Assembly (NCBI GenBank): GCA_051362555.1
Contig: CM120640.1
Location: 69,666,788-69,730,787 of the forward strand
Origin: Lingula anatina
Taxonomy: Eukaryota; Animalia; Brachiopoda
Direction: 5' to 3'
DNA: 64,000 nucleotides
The notes below the pieces were generated by a model. The model was not told where the DNA came from, searched no databases, and saw only the letters and a list, made by a program, of their open reading frames with translations. The translations under genes were made by a program, and so were the position numbers. Positions 37,401-51,411 of this stretch are shown here, one piece after another. Position 1 is the first letter of the stretch; every line of letters begins with the position of its first letter.

Positions 37401-40400
37401 GCCTGCCTGCCACACAGCCACCGGCATACACAGATATGAATTGGAAGGTGGATAGATAATAACAGGGGCATCCAGTGGACAAACAGAGGCAATGAAAGCC
37501 CGTTTATGCTGTGTGAAAACCTTAATCCTGCAGTTAATCTCCGCGGTTGAATCTTTGGCCTTCGTTCTGCTTCTAGGACACGGTATGCAGAACAGCTTAA
37601 TTGCATGTGATTTCAGTGCGGAATAAAGCTGATTTTGTTGACATAGACTGGATCTCCTTTCTGTGTGTGTTGTAATTCTTATGACGCATTGGAAATGCTC
37701 TCAGTTGCCTCTTGTCATGTGTCATTGACTCGGACATCTCAGTGTCAATATTTCAGTATCGTGGTGTAGAAGTGTCCCGTACCTGTGTGGTGTAGAGAGA
37801 TAACCTTTGATCTATGCAAATGATGTTGTGCAGACATCAGATAAATAGTCATAGAAGGAACCATCGATGACCCAGTGATTGATTTGAATGCTAGCTTCTT
37901 TTGGAGAAAGCAATTTAGAAAAAAAAGAAAGTTTGCGTTTGGTTGTCCTTTTTATGTTCCTATATGAACCAGGTAGATGTTATGCTGGTATAGGCCAGAA
38001 ACTTGAGCAGTGAATAACATTCTGAAGATGAGATGATAAAGAGTTTGGTTACGTTTTAACTCAAATGGTGTGTATTTATCTTTGCTTAAGTATTTGATAG
38101 TAGAATAGGACCTTTTCCTTCCTCAGAAGTATTTTGGTGTTTCTGTGACCTTATTCTGTTAGTTTGGTAGCTAAGTGATCCTGCGTCATTTGATAACAAA
38201 GTTCAGCCAGGATTGCAGCCGAACAAGTTTTTAAGTACACATCCTAGTACCCAATTTTAAAACTGCTTCACCCGGAATATGAAAACAATTGTTGGTTTGA
38301 AACAAGTGGGCTCACTCCTTTTGATTTGCCAAGTGCTACAGCTGTATGTTTAAGTCATAACTTTTCAAAACTTTTTTTTTCTTATGATGAAGGATGTCTA
38401 GGCAGCTGGCAGTAAAGCTGCTACTTATAAACCTATGGAATTTTTATTAACCTTTTTTGTTGCATTGAATATTTTAGATGCTTTTTATCCCTAAAACTGA
38501 GTCAGAGAATTTATTTGAGAATTAATGTTTTTCATATATCACCAGTTGATGCAGTGTGCAGTGCTGTTACTGTGGCCTGAAAATTATTAAAAAGAAAAAA
38601 AAAAAGAAGAAATTAAATGAATTTTGGTTGACATTAAATTAACTAACATTTTAAAGGCTGAAACTAAACAGATGACATTTAAAACATTTTTTTTTCACAA
38701 ATGATTTATTAAGCCAGAAGTACTTCTTCAATAACATACATGTTGCGAATGGAATTATAATTTTACAAGGGTACGACTTCTCTTGGTCTGCTTTGTCAAA
38801 AGTTAACAGTTAGAACTGAGCTTCTCCTTATACAGAATCAAACAAACTGGATGCAGGAATATTGTTCACCTTTAAAGTTAAGATCAGATCAATTGACATA
38901 AAAGACAGGTAGATCTTGTGAAGTCACACTGGTCGAATCGAAAAAAACAAAGAAGGTGACAACAATAACCAGTAACATCATGCTCTTCAATTTGTAATCC
39001 ATATAACATGTGAATATATGGATTGGAAAGCATATAATTAAACCACCCTCTTTTTAGATTTATGGATTGGTTTGATTTTTCATTAGCAGTCGTAAATGCT
39101 TGATCAACTCCTTAATCCTTTGGAGGACCCAGAGTTTTGGGGAAAAAACGTGAGGTCAAAAGGACAGTTGATTTACTAGAACCCCAGGGTGCCGTTGGTT
39201 TTCTCTCAACAAGGTAGTATTTAGTGGAAAATGACCAACAAAATGAAAATCTTTAATCTTTCATACCTTTCAATAAAGACCTATGTTCCACCATGGGGCC
39301 TATCCTGACACTGTTTGACATAGTAAAAAACTTTTGACTAAGAATTGGAGGAAGTTTTTTTTTTTTTTGTCATGTATAGAACTTTTTATTTTTACATTAT
39401 AAACTAAAAATATTTTTTAAAATGTAATTTCTCTTGTGTCCAGTATTCGTGTCACCTCATCACGAAAATTAGATCTCATCAGAATAACACCTAAAAGGAA
39501 TGCTTGCTTTTCGCAGTCTTGTTGGACTTTTTATTTTGAAAGAAACTATTTTCAAAATATAAATCCCAGTAAAATAAATTTAAGAGAGAGAAAAAAAGAA
39601 CATTAAGGAAAGGGAAACTGTAAACAATTGTTCTAAAACTGTGAAAATATTGTACTGTCATTCACACCTGTGTTTGCAATTTGGCAGTTTTTGTTGCCCG
39701 ATGTCCCAACATAGCTCTGTGCAAGTTCTGAGATAATTTGCATTCAAAAGTATCAGCGGGTTATGAGAGGGCATAATGAAGAAACTTGTGGGGCTGATCC
39801 TGCCTGCCTCCCAAGCCTCAGTGAATGGAACAGGTGCTAGGACAGGGGTACCTATATGTCAGGTAGAGGAGGGGGGGGGGGGGTCTGCCTATATTATGAT
39901 AGATGTATCCATAGGACCACAGGTGCTTAGATAGGGGTACGGCGTATGTTTGTACATCAAGGAGGGGGGGGTGTTCCTATAATATGATCTAGGTGTATTC
40001 ACAGGATACAGGTATTTGGTGTGTTTTGTATTACAAGATGTTCATTACAATCATCAGATACAAGATAAACTAGGCATCTTTCTGGTAGGGCATGGTGCAG
40101 TACCAGTAGGTTGTGAACCCCAAGGCATCCTGTCGTATTCATTTGGGCCCAGTGTCAGTGATACGTGAGGTGACCCATGTCCAGAAATGTGTTCACAGGG
40201 TTAATCAAAGTTAAATTGGTGTGGAATTGGCATTACAAAGTGTGATTATTCTCCAGTGAAAGAATTTGCTTTCATTTAAATACTTGTCCAGTGATTTTAA
40301 TTCATAAATAACAGCATACCTAGGTACAGTATTAAGTCACAAATATTTGAGGAAGTGTTGAAAATGGGCATACTTTAACTTACAGCCGGAAACAAATTAT

Positions 40401-43010
40401 TTGTCTATAACCAGTTGAACTTGTTGGGAAAACAAAAAAGTAAATGTGAAACAAGTAATTGATATCAATCATCACCAAACCAAAAGTATTTTTTTACAGC
40501 TGGTAAAGTCTTGCATATGTGTCCTCCCCCCCCCCAAAAAAAAAAAAAAAAGAAAAGAAAGAAAGATGAGAAAAAACATAGTTTTGCTTCTTGTACTCAT
40601 TTTTTTAAACTTGACAACTTGTAGTAAATAGTGTTACCTTTGTTTATGTATATTTTTTAAGATATGACAGTTTTGACGAAAAGAGAATGGCAACCTTCTT
40701 TTCACTCTGCCTTTTTTCATATATTAAAAAACAACGTCTGAACCTTTTCATCAGCTTGTTCAAAAATATAATTGTTTCAGAGTGGGAATTAATGAAGTCA
40801 TTAATATAAATGAAGTCTGGCCTTGTTGTTCTATTGTGTAGCCAAATTGGATCTCAGTTAACTCAGAAGAAAGTTGTTTTTCATTCGTGCCAAAGTTACA
40901 TTTTGATAAGCTCACGTAACAGTAGATTATTTCCGAAATTGCTATTAATTTTTCAGCAATTTTGGTTTGTCGCCATTCAGTCGATGGGAGCTCAGGTACA
41001 CTGTTATCAGCGGGCATGTTTTATTAGCTTATAAATTATTCAAGTCAACTTTTTCTCATTATAACTCTATTCATTGAACTGATCTATAGATTATTTGAGA
41101 GTTGAGGTGTTTTATTGGACTTGCTTTCGCTGTTTGATTTTGTCCGCGAGCTGTGATGACGGGCAGCGGGTGAGCCAAGGGCTGGAGCAGGAGCTTGCAT
41201 GGCTCTTTATGGGAAATTCAGGTAGATTTTTTTGCTTACTGACCCACTGTTGAGTTGTCAAATGCAGGAAGTGTTGCCTTACTTGTTAAACAAGAGGATG
41301 TAATTGTATTTTACCAATCAGACCAGTGAGGGGATCGGTTTTCCATCAGGAACGTCTGATCTGTTTCAGTTCCACGAAAAAACTATCTGGGATTTAATGA
41401 TATTCTAACCAGTTTACCATCTTGGCAAGGATGTTCAAAGATGAGGAGTGGATCTGAATTTGTAAAACTTTCATTTTTTTTTTTGGATCTGTGGAAATTC
41501 ATTCCAACATATCTTACTTACCAAAAAGAAAAAAACATTTAAAGGTTGAAACATGTAAACTGTTGGTTCTGAATGTATTCGCGTGTGTATCGCCATCGGT
41601 CAGATAAGTATAGAGCCAACGTCTCTGGACACATGGTTTGCCTAGGACTAGGGTGACAGGTGCCCAGGTGACATTAGTGACAGCTTGGAACAGGGACAGG
41701 ATACAAAACCATGGCGCACATACAACAGAGCATACAATAGATTCGTCACAGCTTTAGGAATCTGCACAATGGGTCTAATCATGTGTCTGGAATCTCCCTT
41801 GTCACTTGTAATCTTGTCACAGCAGCAATGGAAACCTTTTGTTGGCTAATCTGTTTATATATATGTTTTTTTCCTGTCTCTCAATAAGTCTGAGTATTTA
41901 TAAAGGAAAATTTTAGTAATTATCTTGGTCTCAGTTGCTGCACTACACCCTGGTGATGTAAGGAAATAGCAGTTCATGTTGGGAGGATTATTTTTGTTGT
42001 TGTTGCTCGCTGACTCTCAAGTGTATTCTATAGATAATATTTACATATATAGGTATTTACTTTGTTTTTGTGAAGTAGATATTCAATCATATTTGTGATA
42101 AACCAAACATGTAAAATAATGTCAAGTAAGAACTCTTCTTAATTTATATTTTATACTCTGTGGGATGACCAGATTGAAAGACTTCCTATATAAATAAATC
42201 ACAGTATAAGACTCCTGAACAGTAGTCACGTTCCTCAGGTGTCTGTTCTTTAGCCCATTACTTCACATTACAAGGAGGGGAAACGTGACAGCTGTCTGCT
42301 AACTGACAGGGAGCAACAGGCGGGTCTGGCCAGAGGGCAGGAGGGCACATTGTCAGGTGTTTCTGAAAACTCTGAGAAGAGAACACTTGTGCCAGACAGA
42401 AGACCGTGTCCCTCCACTGGCGAATACCCAGTTGCGCTGATTTGTCTGCATAAGTCATGTAGCTTGAGCGACTTCCATTGCACTATTACTCATCTATATA
42501 AAAGCGAATGAATTGTTTAGAACAATAGACAGTCGCAAAGATTTTTTTAACAATCTTGGGATTTGTTTTTGCTTCCTGATAAAAGTTAGGATGATTTTAC
42601 ACTGCCAACATTGAGAAAACCAAGAAGATCATAGATATGTCAGAATGAAGACCACCGTCATTTTTTCAGATGTCTGTCATGTGATGTTTACGTATGATAT
42701 TTGTGTCTTATTTTCATTATTTTTCAGTTGCTTCTTTACAGTAGTGGGTGATATGTAATTGTTTGTGATATATGGAAGGACCATTGTATCTTTTATACAC
42801 ATTAATGGTTATTCCAGGATTGAACTAAAATAAGAAATCATAGTGTCAGCATTTTTAGAATTCATTGTGTTAGACTTTTTCACTCTGATTGCAGCATTTT
42901 TACTGGATATAATGCCAAAATTGATTTAAAAAAGCTGAGCTATTGATTCCAGTTTTACATGTATGCATTCAGATAAATCAATTTTTCGTTTTGTTTTTTG
43001 TTACAGGACC

Positions 43011-43380
43011 ATGAATGGTCGCAGCAGTCGTAACCAGCCGACCCCGACCTCGAAGGGGATGGTAGGTGGCCAGATGGATATCCCTACTTTGCGAATCCAG
43101 GCTGGAACTCCTCTGCCCTCTTCTACGCGTGCTACTCCCGTCCCGCAGCAAGCCAATGGCAGCCATGACACCAAGCTGCCCGCCATTGCTGGTACCCCCG
43201 TGGTCAGCAAATCCCAAACAGCTTCTCCGTCCTCTCAGGCTGATTTAGGGCATAGCGGGGGACAACAAAAGCCTGTGTTTGCTGTCCCTGCCCAGCCCAG
43301 ACCCCTCCCCCACTCCTCACACTCTGGCAGTGGGGGCTATGGTAGTGGGGCCACGGGGTACTCAAGGCCAATTAAACAAG
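43011..43380 (+). CDS. GLIS3: GLIS1/3-type zinc-finger transcription factor, N-terminal coding exon
   Basis: Acceptor ttgttacag| at 43006; MNGRSSRNQPTPTSKGMVGGQMDIPTLRIQAGTPLPSS resembles the vertebrate GLIS3 start (MNGRS...MVSGHHIPAIRAHSGTP); phase-1 donor caag|gtgaga. Confidence 0.85.
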
Positions 43381-45874
43381 GTGAGACAGTGTGTGTGTGC
43401 ATGCTCTTGTCCCTCTTCAGCCATTTTGTCTTGGTAATGAATTGTTTGTCTTTTCTGCACTTTTTTTTTTTTGTTAAAGACTATTTGTGAAATAAAATAA
43501 GTGGCCATACACCATACAAAAAAATAAAATGGTTACCTAAAATGAAAAGAAAAAATCCAGAAAATAACTGGAAAATTATTAAAGTTGATAAATGATTGTT
43601 ACCTAAGATAAACAAAAAAAATGTAAATGTTATATTTTGGGTGGATTCTAATAATGTGAAGTCATATATTTATAACAAAATTGCCAAGTAGTATTTTTAA
43701 TCTTGACATTTTCATTCTAAATTCAGCAGTATTTCATACCTTCACTAAACTCAAACAACTGAACTAGGCAACTCCATTTAAAGTAATGTCATGGAATGTG
43801 TTTGAACATACTTAGTGCAAGTTTATTTTATTTTTTCTCTTTGTGGCATGCATACCATATCTATCTGGTTATATTTCTAAGGTACAATGAGCTTGTCTCA
43901 CACTTGACAGGAATCTGACAATATTACAGTACGTCATCACAATAAAAATACTCTCATGAAATAAAATAAGGCATTCTCTAAGTTTCCATTCTATCAGCTT
44001 TTGAGGTTGTTTTTTTTTATCTTGATGATGAAATATTAATTATAGGAAAAGAAGCGAGGTCTTCATTGTATATTTTTATATATATGCTTAGTGAATCTTG
44101 TACAGGAGATGGCTGATTGCTCTGAAATCTTGGAATCGAGCAAGACTGTGAGCAAAGGCATTTATTTTCCATCAAACCAAGATGTCCAATAGCAACCTTA
44201 ATGTGCATGGGTCGTTAGGAACTGATGATATTATTTCACTCAGTATCAACTCCTGAGTCAACAGAGGCAATTGATGTGAAATATTCAATAGGTCTGTGAC
44301 GTGGTCTACGCTGGCCTAGGTCACAAAAACAGGAAACCAGAGACCTTTATGTGGTTTCAGAGGTTGGAAAACGCAGAAATAACTTTCCAAGAGTGCTTCC
44401 ATAAATACCTTTAAAGGACAGAAAAAGGGCTTAGGTGTAAATTTAGTGAGCTTGGTCTTTTAAATGGGGTTTGTTTCAAAATGATGACTTTTAGAGATCT
44501 AATATAGATGTATTCTGAACACTTCACTGGGCACAGTGCAGTTCATTTTAAATGCTTGAGACCCGTTGCTATCATGAATTGGATCTGTCTTTTATTTTTA
44601 AAAGCATATATCATAATTATTGATTTTTTTGGGTTGTAGCGAGTCCAAGTCTGTTTTTCCCAAAGTTCCCCTTTACTACAGTTGTTCACTTACACATAGA
44701 TTGAAAATGGTTTTAAAAGTTCAAGATGTCTGTCGTTTGGCTGGGTGTGTTCCCTAGGGGACAGGGTTATGGTTTGACCTGAAGATGAGAACAGTCCACA
44801 CGGGCGGGCGGCACATTGTGGAGGTTTTTTTATGCCTCAGCAACTCCCACTAGAGAAGAGTGTTTTTAAGCTTGAAAACAAGCCACGCTACCTTATAACT
44901 ATTCAGGCGGGCAGTTTTCACGCCAGTTCTTTTCCCTGGTTCTACCTATTGAAAGCTAAAGCTTTTGTATCACTGAATCCATTCCAGCTATTATGCCATG
45001 ATTGATGTTCGATAGAGGGTACAATAGCATACTGAATTTTGGACAAACGGCACATGCTTTGATAAACTTAAAGGTCTTGGCTCTGAAAGCTGTGACTGAA
45101 CTTGCCATAACAGCTTACACTTAAGGCCTACTATAATAAACTGTAAAGCCATATTTTGCCTAGTTTACAACTATAGAATTGATTGTTATTCATTGGAAAT
45201 TTACTCAAAATGGAGTTGGGTAACTTAACAATGAACCGTTGGTCAATTTTACTGATCTTGGGCTAATTCTTTTGCTTAAATTATAAGTTAAGGAGGGAAG
45301 CATTATATGATAGACATTCTGTAAATATAAGGCTTTTGTCAGGTTTGTAAGTGGTGAGAGTCCACTAGGGAAGGGATGAGGCATGCTACAACATGCACCA
45401 GGGTTTTTTTTTTTAATCACTGTGACTGTACTGTGCTGGTACCATTGGCGGAAACTTCTGCCTTCTGATTTGGACCATTTTGGTTTCTATCTTTGAACCA
45501 ATCCAAAGTTTCATTGTATTGGTATAGTCTGCTAGTTTTCTGATAGCCTATCAGCAGTGTGTAAAATTTGCTCCTTTTCCTCAGCATATGGAAGTTAAAC
45601 AACACAATTTGAAGCCATAAATTTAGCAGATAAAGGCCACAATTTTGCAAGGAATCTTAGAGGATTAAGAAATTAGTGCAAATTGAAACATTCTCTTTTA
45701 ATTAAAAAAAAAATCTGAAAAGGCACTTATGTTTATACAATTTAGTTGAAATGTAAACATTGGAAAAAGTAAGGATTTTACAACATAATCCTGTATTTCT
45801 CTTTTTTGGACTTTTGTAATAGGTGCCACAGAGACTTAAATCTACTTAATACAGATTTATGCACAAAAGCCTAA

Positions 45875-46434
45875 TACCCCATTCACACTACAGTTGCAAA
45901 AATGCACATTTCTATAATCCGAATTTTTCGTGAGGAATTCAATTCGGTATTGCGTTCACACACGCTGAGCGAATCCGAATCCCACGTTGAAAATTTCAGG
46001 TTTAACTTCCTGTTTTGAACACTCGCGCATGCGCCGCACAGGAAATCTTAAAATATCAACAAAAATTTGTGACGACAAATGCAACTCAAAAGACATTCCA
46101 GCATTCTTGAGAAGTATAAGGTGGCAAAATAAGTTTGTTTCCTCATGTTGTAGTGAGTGGTGACCTCCAAATACGTTTGGTGCAATCGCTAAAGTAATAA
46201 ACCAGCGTTCATAGATACCCGCACTTATCTGCACACATGCGCAGTAAGTTCTGTACAGCCTACAGGTGTCGATTCCGGTAAGTTATCTGGATCGCGCTTA
46301 GAAATCCACCTCGCTTGCAGGATTTTGAAAATGCGCATTTTCAAAATCCTCTTGCGTTCACACTACTGCATTTATTCGAATTGTGACCTAATTCGCAACT
46401 TATCCGGATAACTGAGCGTAGTGTGAACGGGGTA
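45875..46434. mobile_element. Harbinger-like MITE in the GLIS intron
   Basis: TIR taccccattcacacta / tagtgtgaacggggta; internal gcgttcacac repeats and aatcc motifs. Confidence 0.7.
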
Positions 46435-49400
46435 TATGTTGTGGTGTAAAATCAAGTAAAGATTTGATGAATTACTTTGGATAATTTTAAAGCATTTTGA
46501 AGTGAAGTCTGGAACAGTTCTCTTTCAAATAATTGTGTCCCCAAATTTCATTTATGTCCAGGTATCATGTTCTGGATCTGATCTGAGTCATTTCACTGTT
46601 TTGTGATTAGTTATATAAAGGTGAATATGAAGACCAGTTGACATCAGTGTCCCAATCATAGCATTCTCTCAGTCTTCACAACTTTGACATCTGTTCCTAT
46701 GCACCAAATAAAAGAGTTGGAATTAAAGAAGCTGCTCCTTGTGTTAACTATCTCTCTGGGAGTTAACTGGGTGTAATACAGATGTCAGTGTTTTATTGAG
46801 GAAAAAAAAATAAATAAAAGATGTTACACTAGAGAAAAAAATGCCATGGAATGGCCATGAAATAATTTTTTAGACGGAATAGAAAGTTGAAAATTATACG
46901 GGAAATTTAGTCGTCTTACAATGTACTAGCTTTCAAAATCTTGAGATCATTTCTTATTGTAAGGGTCTTGATGGAGCTGTCTTCATTTCAAATTTCTGTC
47001 TCATATTTTGTGTTTATGGAAAAATTAAGGTATCACAGGACGTTCTAATGTTCATAAAGCTCCACAAACATCTTCATTTATCTTTTTCTTATATAAGCCT
47101 TTGGTCCTGATGTAGACTAAATATAGTTCTGAAGGCAGTGGGGCAGTATAAATCAGAAAAAGTAGCAGGAAGATGAGACATTGGAATCACAGTTCCCATG
47201 GAAGAGATGTTTGTGGTTCCCAGGCCTTTTTTGCTGTAAATTTGAGAGATATATAAGATAGGTGTCATTTTTTTGTTGTCCTATATGACCTGTGAGCAGT
47301 TTTTACAGGGTCAGTTTATCTGTGTGGAGATATGTTTAGGATAGTACTGTCCTTGTTCCCCTGTACATGATGTACGTCAGGAATGAACTAAAACACCAGG
47401 ACGAGGGAACGTCCTCGCACTCCTCACCTTAATGGTGATATATTGAAGTCCACCAGTCAGCATTCACGTCTCTGATTCATTTTGTGTCTGGGATCATTGA
47501 GGCAAAAATAAAAGAGACACAGAAGAAAAAAACTCTTCTGTTTTTGACTGATGTCAAGAAGCAGATTTGTTGAAGACAAGTCACCAGGTTTACTGAGCCT
47601 GGAGGAATATTCTGTGGGGAAAAATAGGAAAAGGCAAATTCCATCAACTCACTGACAGTTCCGTTTTGTTGTACATGCTCACTGGCGCCTAAGTCATGGC
47701 GGCCATGTTGTCCCGCTGGGAAATGGGGGTGGGGCCGCTGGGAATTGGGGGAGGGGGGAGGTCATTACTTGCACTTGTCAGCTCTGTGTGCTGAGATGCC
47801 TAATTTACTGGTTGTTGTATCAGGCCCATCAAATATCTGTGTATAAATGGAAGGAGATTAGGTGGGGTTGGTACAATAAATCTTCAGGAAATTAGTCAGT
47901 TTAGGAGTTGCTCAAGTGCTTTTTTCTCCCTTGCATATCTTTAGAATAAGAAGGGGGAAGGGCAGTCCTTGAAGAGGTTTACTTAGGGAATTGCCTCAGG
48001 ATTCCCAACTGCTCAGGAGCATGTTAAATATGGTTACTATTCATGCGTGATGCAGGTAGAATAAAGGCACGGTTGAATTGGCTTTGCTGCATAGCATCGG
48101 GACTCTTTGAAAAGCCATCCACATTAGTGGAAAGTTAGGAATTGAAAGGTGACATGATAGGTTTCCTATGGAGCATGTCAGCTGTTTTCATGGCGAGGAG
48201 TTGAATCATCCGCCAGCTACTTTGATTTCATTTAAATCACAACATTGCATGACTTGTAAATGCAGATCAATATTCAGGTTTTCAGTTTTCTTTCGTGAAA
48301 ACTTATGGAAGAGATGTGATCAAACTGACATGATGAAGAATTTATAGGAGAACTGGCTTCTAAAAAATTTTGATGATCTGAAAAGCATTATTTTGCCATC
48401 AGGAGATAAAGTGTGATATGTCAGCAAAGAGAATTGTTGGGGTGTGATAAAGTTACAGGTTTGGTGTGATGGCTTGGTGAAAAGGAATATTGTGTTTCAG
48501 TAAGACACAGAAAAAAAGATACACTAAGTTTGCACAATAAAAAATGGGCAACATAAACAGAGAAATGAACACTGTTTATGGTACAAGTGCACTAAATGAG
48601 CACATGTTAGCATGGTTGACAAGGCTTACATTTTCAGTGCCAGTTTGGTTTCTTTTTCCCTGTTTTTTTTTTCTTAGATGTATTATACTGGAAGCATGTT
48701 TAAGTGCTACTCCAGCAGTGCCCCAGGCTCAGAAAGTTAAATAAATTGACAAGATTCCTTTATTGTTTCGATTGGAGTATAATCACATCTCGGTTGCTCT
48801 CTGTTCTTGACGTTTGATTGATTTTTCAATCCTCTTTTCTTGCAATGAAAAGGAACTACTTGCTGACAAACATTGGGAACAAACACACCCAATTGTAGAT
48901 TAGCCTTTCTTAAGCATGGATGCATGTGATTAATTATGTTATTAAACTTGTCAGCTAATTAAACTGTGGTATGGGTCAGGAACAAAGGCCAGTACAAATG
49001 AGCTCTGTTTGACCACCGGTCAGGGTTTTGTCCAGCCATCCCCAATGAAGTACAGAAATGTGGGAAGTGAATTATTATGACATTGTTTTTCCTCTGTAGC
49101 CAGTAATTGATTGATTGATTTGGTTGTGGCAGAGGGGGGTTCATTTGAAGTCAGGTAACATTTATGAACAGTGTTACTTCACATATCTACCTACTAAATA
49201 TTGCATTTTCCTTTAGACATGTCTTGATAGTATTTGTCCACAAAACAGTGTAATGCTGATATCACTGTAGAAAAGAAACAGTGAAGGCAAAGAATGGTTA
49301 GCCGCTGCCAATGATTTGGTCAATATTTGAGCATGGCTCAGTTAGTATTCATTTGCTTTCCATTAAAAGGCTCTCCACACTAAGTAAACTTTTTCTCAGG

Positions 49401-50875
49401 CACAGAGGTTAAACTGTGAAGTGATGGAAGGTCACAATATTAAAATATACAGATTTAGGTAATCTTTCTCTGGCCAGTGAGGACCTGTGGTACATTAAAG
49501 ATATGTGGAGTAGACTTTTGAACTGATAACCAAATTAATGGCAATGTCATATTTTAATAGTGATGCTACCAAAAACTGCTTAATTACATTTTTATAAGTG
49601 CGTTTTTTTATTTTTTTTAATTTATTTATTTATTTTTTTTTGTGGTGGAAGTCAGATTTAAAATACCTCTTCTACCAAAAAAATATAACAGGTTGAGGAG
49701 GGGGGGGGGGGGGAGGGGAGAAATAGCTTGCAAATCAGCTTAGTAGAACAAAAACATTTATTTTTATGTCTGTAACAGTTCTGCTTTAGAAAAAAAAACT
49801 TGAAACAATATCTGGACTTTCCATCACACATGCCAGGTCCCAGTGAAGTCAACAGATTTATTCCATCAAAGTCTGTACAACTTCTGTTTAACTAGAATTC
49901 CTGAGCGCAAGCCAGATGGACATTTTCTCAGTGGCTTGTTCAAGTGAAAATTGCGACTTTGTTTTATGAGAGTCATTTAGCAGCACTTCAAATAAAAAAG
50001 ACAGCTCCTTACAATTTTCGCAGTTACCTTTATTTATGCTCAGCGTGTTGTTTGTTGAAACATTAATAGCTAATCTGTAAACAACCTTAGCCATGGCACT
50101 GTATTGGAAACAAGGGTTGGGTAGGGCACATATGCAATAATTGTACCACCAGCGTTAGCGCTGGCGGTACACATGGTTTCGGTCTCGTCCGGATCGTTCC
50201 GCCGGCTCTGCCGGACGGCTACCGTTACCGCTTCTCCTCCTAGACGGTAAGGCCCCCCGTACCCATCTCATGGATTTAGGTCACCTATAATCTCAACTCG
50301 TTCCACGTAAAATTTGGGCTTTGTCGGTATTGGGGTCTGGGTGTGGCACTCATTGCAATGCACCCTTGTCCAAAAATGGCAAAATTAAATGCTAATTATC
50401 TACCCTACGGAAGGAGTTACGGGAAAAATTTCTACAGACGGCTTTCCAAAAGTCATATGTGTAGATTTCAAATATACCCTCAGATTTGACCTTTGACCTT
50501 TACTTCAAGGTCAAATGGGCCAAAATTTTCAAAAAAATGAAATTTTTTACGAAAAAAAATTTTTTTGCCCTGTTATTCAGACACCACACAGACTTAACCA
50601 ATAATATTATTGGAAAGTGTTACCCTTCAGGTCATCTTTCATCTCCGTGAATTTGGGGTCAATCGGTGCATTTTCACAGGAGTAGCGGCCATAAGATACC
50701 GAAACTGAAAACTGTCTCTAATTCGGGAACCGTTAATGCTAGAGACCCATTCTTTTTTGCATTTTGTAGAGCATGTAAAGCCCAACACTGGAGGTGGTCT
50801 CGGTTTTTTTGTATTCCATACGGTTTTCGAGTTACGCTGTATCAGAAAGTACATATTGGTGGTGAAAGGAAAATG

Positions 50876-51167
50876 TACGGAAGCCGACTGGTGCCATATG
50901 TAGAAAAAAAAATTATCTCGAAATTTCGAGATACTATTTTGAAATTTGAACAAAAAAAATTTTTATCTCGAAATTTCGAGATAGCATTTTGAAATTTGAA
51001 CAAAAAAAAAATTATCTCGAAATTTCGAGATAGCATTTTGATATTTGAGCAAAAAAATTTATCTCGAAATTTCGAGATAGTATTTTGAAATTTGAACAAA
51101 AAAAATGCTATCTCGAAATTTCGAGATAATTTTTTTTTTCAACATATGGCACCAGTCGGCTTCCGTA
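50876..51167. mobile_element. Tc1/mariner-like MITE nested in the Helentron-like element
   Basis: Perfect TIR tacggaagccgactggtgccatatg / catatggcaccagtcggcttccgta, TA ends; five internal ~49-bp units each with the palindrome tatctcgaaatttcgagata. Confidence 0.85.
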
Positions 51168-51411
51168 AAAATGTGCAGTACGGTAATGGATAATAAATTT
51201 TGAACTCCGGAAAAATAAAACATAATGCTTGGCAAAGCAGACAACTTGTGGTCAAAAATGACATTATTTTATCAAATTTAAACTTCTGCAACTTCAGAGA
51301 ACCTCCCATTTCAAGAACTTTGACCAAAATGACCTTTTCTTTATTTTAATTAAAATTTTTCTGTAGGAAATTTATGGCACATTATGGTAACTCCAAAATT
51401 ATAACATTTAG

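Noticed and set aside
39828-40012. Two-copy degenerate ~90-bp repeat with poly-G (a similar duplicate at 59030-59270)
   Set aside because: Short local duplications with no further structure.
42963-43490. 175-aa single-exon ORF
   Set aside because: Both ends are intronic read-through; splice sites delimit 43007-43380.
50914-51128. CRISPR-like array of 20-bp palindromes with ~29-nt spacers
   Set aside because: The spacers are near-identical to each other, the array lies within TIRs, there are no cas genes and the context is eukaryotic.
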